DNA of 64,000 nucleotides from a virus: UHGV virus genome UHGV-0287696; one strand, 5' to 3'. Shown piece by piece: positions 57,515 to 64,000 of this stretch (position 1 is its first letter; each line of letters starts with the position of its first letter). The notes under the pieces were generated by a model. It saw only the letters and a program-made list of their open reading frames with translations, ran no database searches and was not told where the DNA came from. The position numbers and the translations under genes were made by a program.

Positions 57515-58288
57515 ATGAAAGTCCATTTAGACGATATCTTTAAAACCGAACCGTATATGATCGAAGGTTCGCTAACATCACTACTATTTGCCGATAGATT
57601 AGATCGTACGCTGCAATTACAATCGGTCGAATCTGCACCCGTTGATGATGTAGAGCGTTACGAGCGCATCAACCATACGCGGGGTGAGTATCGTCGCTAT
57701 AAGCCAAATTCACTAAACATCAAGCTTTGGCAAGTGGGCACAGGTAAGGTATTAACTTATCGCGCTGTTGGTAGTTATTACATTCAACAAGCCAAAGAGT
57801 GGTTAGAAAAAGTTAAAGAACTGAACTTCGATCTACTGAGCAAAAAACTGCGCGATCATAACGCCAGTTTGCCGATACGTAATTATTTCTCCACGATTGA
57901 AAATAGTCGATGCTTCGTTTCACGTGAAACCACGATATTACCTGGGGCTGATGTTCAGACGACACTAAAAGATGTGGTTGTGAAGAAAATCTTTCATGAA
58001 TCTGAACACGTTGGATTTCGTATCTATTTAACGCACAAGAGACCATTTACCGTGATTCACGTTGTTACCGCACCCGAAGGCTCAGCGGTTATTCGAGAAC
58101 TTCCTGATGCTCGAGACCGTTGCCCTAATGAGCCGCTTTATTTAATGTCAGGAACAAAATCAACCGCGTTGATGTCCCGTTACAGCATGTTAGATGTTGT
58201 TGACGCTGCTATGAAACTGGGTTGGAAAGAAGTGCAGCAACATGGTAAACAATTGCTGTTTATTGCCGATGTAAAACTTAATCAATAG
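57515..58288 (+). CDS. member of a tandem four-gene paralog family
   Basis: 257 aa; C-terminus MKLGWKEVQQHGKQLLFIADV. Confidence 0.6.
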   Translation: MKVHLDDIFKTEPYMIEGSLTSLLFADRLDRTLQLQSVESAPVDDVERYERINHTRGEYRRYKPNSLNIKLWQVGTGKVLTYRAVGSYYIQQAKEWLEKVKELNFDLLSKKLRDHNASLPIRNYFSTIENSRCFVSRETTILPGADVQTTLKDVVVKKIFHESEHVGFRIYLTHKRPFTVIHVVTAPEGSAVIRELPDARDRCPNEPLYLMSGTKSTALMSRYSMLDVVDAAMKLGWKEVQQHGKQLLFIADVKLNQ

Positions 58289-58300
58289 TGAGGTGGTACC

Positions 58301-58879
58301 GTGTACCGATTAATAGAAATGCGAAAAGACGTTTGGTTGGAAAACCTCGTCGATGGGGAGCTTGAGGGAATAGAGCTTTCCTTACCAGAAAGAGCGGACA
58401 CGGTATTGGTCTTTCTGATAAAACAGGCAGCGAAGGAACCGGTAGGAATCTTCAGCGTGGACTATAAAGACCCACGAGGGATTCATTTACGGAACATTTG
58501 CAGTGGTTTAGAAAGCTTACCGGCTAATCCGTTCTTAAACTACGCAAAACGTAAACTCCAGCCAGGGCAACATCTCTGGGTAGTTCTAGCGCCTGATACA
58601 CGCATTATACGTGACGACCTGACTGCGTTTGTCCAAGCAACGAAAGTCAGTTTGTACAATCCTAATGCGGATCGTACCGATATGCCGTTTACAATCACCT
58701 TAGAAGACGATGGAACGCAAGAGGGTATTGAGGCAATTACGGAATTAGTAAACTCTTATCCGGTAGCGTCTATTGAGTTAGAAAACCCAAACCGATTACC
58801 GTTGGGTGATTTACTCGAATGGATTGAGCTGAATACCGAGTTCCTCATTAACTCCCGGCAGTACCGGTTCGATGTATAA
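58301..58879 (+). CDS. hypothetical protein
   Basis: 192 aa; GTG start with GAGGTGG upstream. Confidence 0.5.
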   Translation: MYRLIEMRKDVWLENLVDGELEGIELSLPERADTVLVFLIKQAAKEPVGIFSVDYKDPRGIHLRNICSGLESLPANPFLNYAKRKLQPGQHLWVVLAPDTRIIRDDLTAFVQATKVSLYNPNADRTDMPFTITLEDDGTQEGIEAITELVNSYPVASIELENPNRLPLGDLLEWIELNTEFLINSRQYRFDV

Positions 58880-58884
58880 CATCG

Positions 58885-58917
58885 GTGGGGGTTTACCCCC
58901 ACCTTTTATTTTTTTGT
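58885..58917 (+). terminator. rho-independent terminator
   Basis: hairpin ggtggggg-ttta-cccccacc followed by a long T-run. Confidence 0.85.
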
Positions 58918-58935
58918 TCGTTAATATTAAAAATA

Positions 58936-58978
58936 ATTTCAGATATATATTACTTAAGTGAGAGTTACGATTAACTCT
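58936..58978 (+). promoter_or_regulatory. promoter-like box ATTTCAGATATATATTACTTAAGTGAGAG with leader hairpin
   Basis: fifth copy of the box; hairpin agagtta-cgat-taactct; ATG at 59010. Confidence 0.5.
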
Positions 58979-59009
58979 TTATACATTAACGCCATGAAGG
59001 AGCAAAACA

Positions 59010-59471
59010 ATGAAAATCTTCACTTCCTTTTTAATCGCCCTTTTCGTAATCGGTTTCAATAGCGCACACGCCGCTATCAACAGCTGGGAACAAATACAAA
59101 ACCCTGGCCAGGCAGTTTACGAAATTGAAGACACCGCCGGAAACGGACTGTCTATCAACTGTGACACGGAAACTGCGAATCGCAAATTTTACGGTCGCAT
59201 GGTTTGGTATTACGGGGAACCCGTAGGTGCAACTAACGCTGAAGACAACACGATGGATATTGTCGTAAACGGCAAAACCTATAACATCCCTACCGTGGAC
59301 GGTAGTGACAAAGCAGAACACGCTTGGGTTGCTTTCGTTAATGCTATCGGTAATGCCAAAACTTTCAGTGTGAGTATCAATGGTAACGATGCCGCTAACT
59401 TTACCGTAGAAGGCGAACGTCTGTCTGAAACTTTCTTCCAAAACTGTGGACACACCCGTCCTAACAAATAA
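59010..59471 (+). CDS. secreted protein (signal peptide)
   Basis: 153 aa; N-terminus MKIFTSFLIALFVIGFNSAHA with AHA-A cleavage-like site. Confidence 0.6.
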   Translation: MKIFTSFLIALFVIGFNSAHAAINSWEQIQNPGQAVYEIEDTAGNGLSINCDTETANRKFYGRMVWYYGEPVGATNAEDNTMDIVVNGKTYNIPTVDGSDKAEHAWVAFVNAIGNAKTFSVSINGNDAANFTVEGERLSETFFQNCGHTRPNK

Positions 59472-59493
59472 CTATTAGTCTTTTTTAGAGTGC

Positions 59494-59886
59494 GTGAAAA
59501 TGAATATCAGAACTATACTTTATACCATCATTATTTTCTGTGCGGTCGGAATTACTGGCACTTATGCTTTCGGTGATTCGGATGTCCGCTATTACGAACC
59601 GGCTCCTGACTCACCGATTATCAACCCGGATGAGACGCCTACGTTAATGCGCAGTTTCGGTAAACTGCAAGTTTATCGTTTAGTGCGTGGTGAAACGTGT
59701 ACGGGATTACTCATTGCTGACACCCGTGCACAAGTCTACCAACGTCTAACCGATATTGCTTGCGAACAACCAAAGGTAATGTCGGTTAGTATCCATCCGC
59801 TATCAGTTGGTAACTATACCGCTGTGGACTTCTTTCACAACGCCGAATTAATAGGACGCGTTACCTTAAATCGTCCTGCCGAATAA
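59494..59886 (+). CDS. exported/membrane-anchored small protein
   Basis: 130 aa (ATG at 59500 is an alternative start); N-terminal hydrophobic segment ILYTIIIFCAVGITGTYAFG. Confidence 0.5.
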   Translation: MKMNIRTILYTIIIFCAVGITGTYAFGDSDVRYYEPAPDSPIINPDETPTLMRSFGKLQVYRLVRGETCTGLLIADTRAQVYQRLTDIACEQPKVMSVSIHPLSVGNYTAVDFFHNAELIGRVTLNRPAE

Positions 59887-59904
59887 TCTAAAGGAGTAGT
59901 TACA

Positions 59905-60390
59905 ATGAAACGTTTACACACTCTGATGTTCTTTCTGGTTTTCTTGTTTATCGGTGCCACGCCAACTGTAGATGCGGCCTCCGTAGACGAATTGCTTACC
60001 TGTGATGGAAACGCTTGGGAAGGTCAGCCAAATGCGTGCCCAAACATCAACGACTTGTACGATACCGATAAGTCGTTTAAAGCCGTTGTTGATAAAACAC
60101 TAGACCCTGTGGGACTGGATGGTATGTTCGGCTCTAAAGGTTACATGGATGGCCCTGGCGGTAACATGTATCCGGTAAACATCAACAACAAAATCTGGAT
60201 TGAAAGCGGCGGTTGTAAAGCTAACGCTTGTGGTTGGGAATACATCGTAACGCTATACAACCCACACACCAAGAAACTCGTCGGCTATTACTACAACATC
60301 GACCCCGGTTATCTGATTTGGTTCGGTGATATCGGTGTTGCCGAATTCGCTTACCTGGTTAAGAAATACGTAGAACAATCTAAATACTAA
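59905..60390 (+). CDS. secreted protein (signal peptide)
   Basis: 161 aa; MKRLHTLMFFLVFLFIGATPTVDA; AAGGAG Shine-Dalgarno. Confidence 0.6.
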   Translation: MKRLHTLMFFLVFLFIGATPTVDAASVDELLTCDGNAWEGQPNACPNINDLYDTDKSFKAVVDKTLDPVGLDGMFGSKGYMDGPGGNMYPVNINNKIWIESGGCKANACGWEYIVTLYNPHTKKLVGYYYNIDPGYLIWFGDIGVAEFAYLVKKYVEQSKY

Positions 60391-60401
60391 GGACTTTTAT
60401 C

Positions 60402-60812
60402 ATGAAAACTATCATTAATACTCTTCTCATTGCAATGGCTGTTCTGTTCTCTGTCAACGCTACAGCAAAAACAATACAGTTGCCAGACAATATTAAGTAC
60501 GTCAATAGCACCGATGATTTCTATTGTACGGAAATTGACGGCTTGTACTGTCAGGCAAAGAGCCTGTTTAAATACAAAGGTAGCAGATACGTATTCATCG
60601 TTGAGCAGGGTGGTGCCTGGTGTTACGACAGCCCAATGTCCGTACTCAACCTCGAAACGTGGAAGGCTCAGCGTCTCGAATACAACGACAAACGTCTGTG
60701 CTCTGGTAATAACAAACCATTCTTCGAAGTCGTAGATGGTGTGCCAATGGTAGGGATATTAGACACTTCGGAAAAACCTATCGTTGTAGCTATGGATAAA
60801 CTTAAAATTTAA
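60402..60812 (+). CDS. secreted protein (signal peptide)
   Basis: 136 aa; MKTIINTLLIAMAVLFSVNATA; contains Cys pairs. Confidence 0.6.
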   Translation: MKTIINTLLIAMAVLFSVNATAKTIQLPDNIKYVNSTDDFYCTEIDGLYCQAKSLFKYKGSRYVFIVEQGGAWCYDSPMSVLNLETWKAQRLEYNDKRLCSGNNKPFFEVVDGVPMVGILDTSEKPIVVAMDKLKI

Positions 60813-60822
60813 GGAGTAACTC

Positions 60823-61212
60823 ATGCGTCTCGTCTGCGTTTTAGCATTCTTCTTCTCCCTGAGTGTAGCAGCATCTACCCAAGTTAACGATTTACTGCTA
60901 ACCCCAAACAACAATACCGATTACCAGTACAATCCTCCGGGGTTTGAAGTTTGCGAAGTCGGTGAAACAATCTGCCAAGAAGTCGGCGCAGACGGGCGCT
61001 ATATTCTGGTAAAAGCTGACGGTGGCACAATGTGTCCCGCAGGTTATTACTTTCTGCTCGATTCCGTCGCAAGAGAGGTTCTTCCTATCACCACGAAAAC
61101 GTGCGACCCTACCGTTGTCTTAACTCTCGCTAAAAGCAAATCTCGCGACCGTTATCTGATCGTTATCGAAGAACGGGGCAAGATGGCGGGTGCTATTGAA
61201 TTAGATCATTGA
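60823..61212 (+). CDS. secreted protein (signal peptide)
   Basis: 129 aa; MRLVCVLAFFFSLSVAAS; AAGGAG Shine-Dalgarno. Confidence 0.6.
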   Translation: MRLVCVLAFFFSLSVAASTQVNDLLLTPNNNTDYQYNPPGFEVCEVGETICQEVGADGRYILVKADGGTMCPAGYYFLLDSVAREVLPITTKTCDPTVVLTLAKSKSRDRYLIVIEERGKMAGAIELDH

Positions 61213-61222
61213 GTGTAGTCTT

Positions 61223-61250
61223 GACCCCGGTACGTCCGGGGTCCTTTTTA
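61223..61250 (+). terminator. rho-independent terminator
   Basis: hairpin gaccccgg-tacgt-ccggggtc followed by ctttttac. Confidence 0.7.
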
Positions 61251-61256
61251 CGACAT

Positions 61257-61281
61257 GTTTACCTAAAGGAGTATTAAAATG
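61257..61281 (+). promoter_or_regulatory. conserved translation-initiation region (identical to the copy at 25418)
   Basis: gtttacctaaaggagtattaaaatg. Confidence 0.5.
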
Positions 61282-61755
61282 CAATTATCTAACGTTTACC
61301 AAGCTGCGCAATTTCATCATGACCTGTCGGCTAAACCTGAACAAATTCGCCACAACTTAACGGTGGCCTGGAAACTGCTGCGTATCGCCGAAGCCTCGCG
61401 CCTTAACGATCAGTCGACGATTATCGAAACGGTGCGCACGCTACATCCAGTCGACCTGGAAACAATCTGGACCTTTGATTTAACCCGAATTTATCACCGT
61501 CGTTTTAATGCGGCGGTTGATGCAATCCGTCCTTACTTTCACCACCTGCGGACAACACGCGAAAATGACACCGCACTTGAATGGGTATTGGTACAAAGCG
61601 TATGGAGCGACTACATTTATCTCCTTTCTTTAGAGACGGGTGAATGTATCGTTGCTAACGAAGTTTTTTCAAGTAACGCAGAAATGTATCGTTCCTTCGC
61701 GACGATTAAAGGTGAAACACAACCTATTTTATCACTCACGCACTTAGGGCTGTAA
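61279..61755 (+). CDS. hypothetical protein
   Basis: 158 aa behind the conserved leader. Confidence 0.6.
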   Translation: MQLSNVYQAAQFHHDLSAKPEQIRHNLTVAWKLLRIAEASRLNDQSTIIETVRTLHPVDLETIWTFDLTRIYHRRFNAAVDAIRPYFHHLRTTRENDTALEWVLVQSVWSDYIYLLSLETGECIVANEVFSSNAEMYRSFATIKGETQPILSLTHLGL

Positions 61756-61763
61756 TTAGCCCG

Positions 61764-61791
61764 GCCCCGTTTACTCGGGGCTTCTTTTTTT
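61764..61791 (+). terminator. rho-independent terminator
   Basis: hairpin gccccg-tttact-cggggc followed by T-run. Confidence 0.75.
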
Positions 61792-61811
61792 GATCTAAAA
61801 GGAAAGACCAG

Positions 61812-62420
61812 ATGAACGAAATTACATTAGTTCGTTTTCTTGAAGCGATGCAAAATGCAGAGCGCTTTTCGCACGCGCCTTTATTCATTGACTTAATGGA
61901 AGAAGAAGTAGAGGGCTTCCTGGCATACCCTCGCTTACGGGAGTATTTTAAACGCAAAACGCCAACCGCTTACGAAAAGTTGGTTTACGCACTTGAGAAC
62001 AGTACAACATTGTTAACGTCGCCTTTTAAGGCGTTGGAGGCTTTAGACCCGGCTGGTACCACAAGTATCCCACAACGTGTTGTGTTCTACTATATCGACC
62101 ACGATCGAATTAAAGCCGATGTTGTTAACTGGATCTCTGAAAACGCAGTTCCTGAAACACGCACTTTTAATCTCTGTCCCGTAGAAGAAGGGTGGAAGGT
62201 CGGTAGCCACTATTCTTACCCGTACCAATCCATTAAATCGCCGTTTTTATACCCGGTTTATCTGGATGATGTTACACCTGGAAATTGTATCCCGGTAACA
62301 AATCTGATCTGTACATTGACAATGGAAGTCTTAGCCACAAAGGCGGGACAGGTTTGGGTAGAAAACACGAAGAACGTCGATTATTGGACTTCAATGGGTT
62401 ATCACCTGTACACCAAATAA
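61812..62420 (+). CDS. hypothetical protein
   Basis: 202-aa ORF; terminator downstream. Confidence 0.55.
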   Translation: MNEITLVRFLEAMQNAERFSHAPLFIDLMEEEVEGFLAYPRLREYFKRKTPTAYEKLVYALENSTTLLTSPFKALEALDPAGTTSIPQRVVFYYIDHDRIKADVVNWISENAVPETRTFNLCPVEEGWKVGSHYSYPYQSIKSPFLYPVYLDDVTPGNCIPVTNLICTLTMEVLATKAGQVWVENTKNVDYWTSMGYHLYTK

Positions 62421-62425
62421 CGTTT

Positions 62426-62470
62426 GGGAGAACCTTCGGGTTCTCCCTTTCTTTATTTTTTTTCTTTTTA
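62426..62470 (+). terminator. rho-independent terminator
   Basis: hairpin gggagaacc-ttcg-ggttctccc followed by an extended T-rich tract. Confidence 0.8.
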
Positions 62471-62499
62471 CACCACACTCCGTCTTTATGGAGGTGGGT

Positions 62500-64000
62500 A
62501 TGCTAAAAGTTGAACGCATTATACTCAAAGGTTTTACGGGGATGGGGTTACATGAAATTGAAACCTTCGATTTCACTATCCAATCACCGACAACAATTAT
62601 CCTGGGTGGGAACGGCTGCGGGAAAACCAGTCTACTGTCTGTGTTCTTACCCTTAGCACCGGCTAAAACTGAATTTAGGGACGGCGGTTCTTACACAAAC
62701 TACTGTTTAGTTGGCGATCAACGCTATCGTTTCAAAGTTGCCCGTAAAGGCAACTCACTGGTTTGTGATATTGAGAACTTGACCACGGGGACAAAGATCG
62801 TCGAGCAAGGTAATGCGAAAGTCTACAACTCCCGTGTTGAAGAAATCACGGGTATTACGAAAGAGATTAAAGAACTATTAAATGGTGAGGTGTTGTTAAC
62901 CGATGCGGGAACCGAATTACGCCGCAAATGGTTTTACCGTTTAAGTACCTCTGACCTCACTTACGCGTTAGGGTTTTATCAACGTTTACGTAAAAACCTT
63001 ACTGCCTTAAACGGGGGTATTGAAATCACCAGCCGTAAGATCGCCGAATTACGGACGCGTGTTATTGAGAACGAGGAAGAACGGCAGCAGTTAGCGACGA
63101 GATTAAAAGGTTTGGAATCGGATTTACGTGAACTGAACCGAGAAATCGAACAGTTGCCAGGATTAAATCGTGCCGTCACCATCGAAACAATCCAAGCGTT
63201 ATTAAACAGCTTGGGCCCAACCATCGACACAATATTACAACATCGTGGTGGACTGCCTACTGATGAACAGATACTGGCCGCACGACAAAACGAAGCGACG
63301 GCCCGCGAAGCTGTCGTGTCTACTGAAACAGAGGTATCGATGTTGAATAAAGACTTGTCGTTATTAATGGATGAGTCGACACGACAAGACTACCTGATGC
63401 GGAATCACGAAGGTCTCAAGAATACGCTGGCACGTTTACGTGAGTTACTTACCAAATGGGACACCGAGCATCTCTTTCCGGGTCTATTTAACGACAACGT
63501 CAATTTAGACCAACTTCGTGCGGCTACCGATGCGCGTGTTTGGGGGCAACGGTTGGGAACAACACTAGACGCAATTCATTCAACCGAAAAACTTAATGTT
63601 TTGGAAGAACGGCTTCTGGTGATGGATCAAAAAACCGCAGGGTTGCGGGATAGACTCCAGCGAGTGGAGAACGTTTTACAGAATTTAAATCACGAACGTA
63701 ATCACTACTTAGAAACAGCGGAAGTGGATTGCCCGCAGTGTCGGTTTAAGTTTCGGCCTGGTGTTACGCGTTCTTTACCTGAACTTGAGTCTTCGATTCG
63801 CGGACAACAACAGCAGCGCACGGAACTGCAAACGCAGTTAGAGACCCTATTACGCGATCGTGTTGAATTAGAATCTGATGTAACTTATATGCGGCAGGTT
63901 CGTGAGATTGTGCTGACGTATTCAAAGGACCCGGTATTGAGCATGTTCTTTAAGCGTTTGCAAGAACGTAACGTTTTCACAGAATCACGTGAACAGTTCG
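62500..64000 (+). CDS. SbcC/Rad50-like recombination or repair ATPase (5' partial, runs past the window end)
   Basis: ATG at 62500 with GGAGGTGGG upstream; N-terminal LKGFTG...ILGGNGCGKTSLL Walker A; then long coiled coil (ELRTRVIENEEERQQLATRLKGLESDLRELNREIEQ) and a CPQC zinc-hook-like motif; absent from the ORF track because no stop falls in the window. Confidence 0.7.
   Translation, partial: MLKVERIILKGFTGMGLHEIETFDFTIQSPTTIILGGNGCGKTSLLSVFLPLAPAKTEFRDGGSYTNYCLVGDQRYRFKVARKGNSLVCDIENLTTGTKIVEQGNAKVYNSRVEEITGITKEIKELLNGEVLLTDAGTELRRKWFYRLSTSDLTYALGFYQRLRKNLTALNGGIEITSRKIAELRTRVIENEEERQQLATRLKGLESDLRELNREIEQLPGLNRAVTIETIQALLNSLGPTIDTILQHRGGLPTDEQILAARQNEATAREAVVSTETEVSMLNKDLSLLMDESTRQDYLMRNHEGLKNTLARLRELLTKWDTEHLFPGLFNDNVNLDQLRAATDARVWGQRLGTTLDAIHSTEKLNVLEERLLVMDQKTAGLRDRLQRVENVLQNLNHERNHYLETAEVDCPQCRFKFRPGVTRSLPELESSIRGQQQQRTELQTQLETLLRDRVELESDVTYMRQVREIVLTYSKDPVLSMFFKRLQERNVFTESREQF

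Noticed and set aside
1-64000. CRISPR arrays, tRNA or rRNA genes, IS elements or integrase
   Set aside because: No regularly spaced direct repeats with unique spacers, no cloverleaf-forming 70-90 nt candidates noticed in intergenic DNA, and no transposase or integrase motifs among the translations; a dedicated tRNA scan was not possible by eye

Overview
This 64 kb window reads as a densely packed segment of a large tailed double-stranded DNA phage genome (small intergenic gaps, Shine-Dalgarno sites, many hairpin plus T-run terminators, no rRNA, tRNA or CRISPR seen). It carries a Dam-type adenine methyltransferase, a 1532-aa side tail fibre with tandem 40-aa repeats and a C-terminal self-cleaving chaperone domain, and a minus-strand block (31.2-51.9 kb) of four large fibre-like proteins that share an N-terminal module. 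A lysis cluster (GH108-like endolysin, M15-like peptidase), an antisense lipoprotein, a run of five signal-peptide proteins, several paralog families and a partial SbcC/Rad50-like ATPase complete the picture. The most unusual feature is inside the fibre operon: three paralogous Cys/Ser/Gly-rich peptides (Cys every fourth residue, conserved DCGGSCSW(T/S)CS junction) sit directly upstream of two translationally coupled radical SAM enzymes with C-terminal Cys clusters, resembling a peptide-maturation (RiPP-like) system embedded in virion genes. Recurrent intergenic motifs (a roughly 28-nt promoter-like box present five times, a 24-nt identical translation-initiation region, an 11-mer plus hairpin upstream of two minus-strand structural genes) point to a phage-specific regulatory code. 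All functional calls rest on motifs read by eye from the translations; no database search was run, and coordinates of short motifs are hand-counted and may be off by a base or two.
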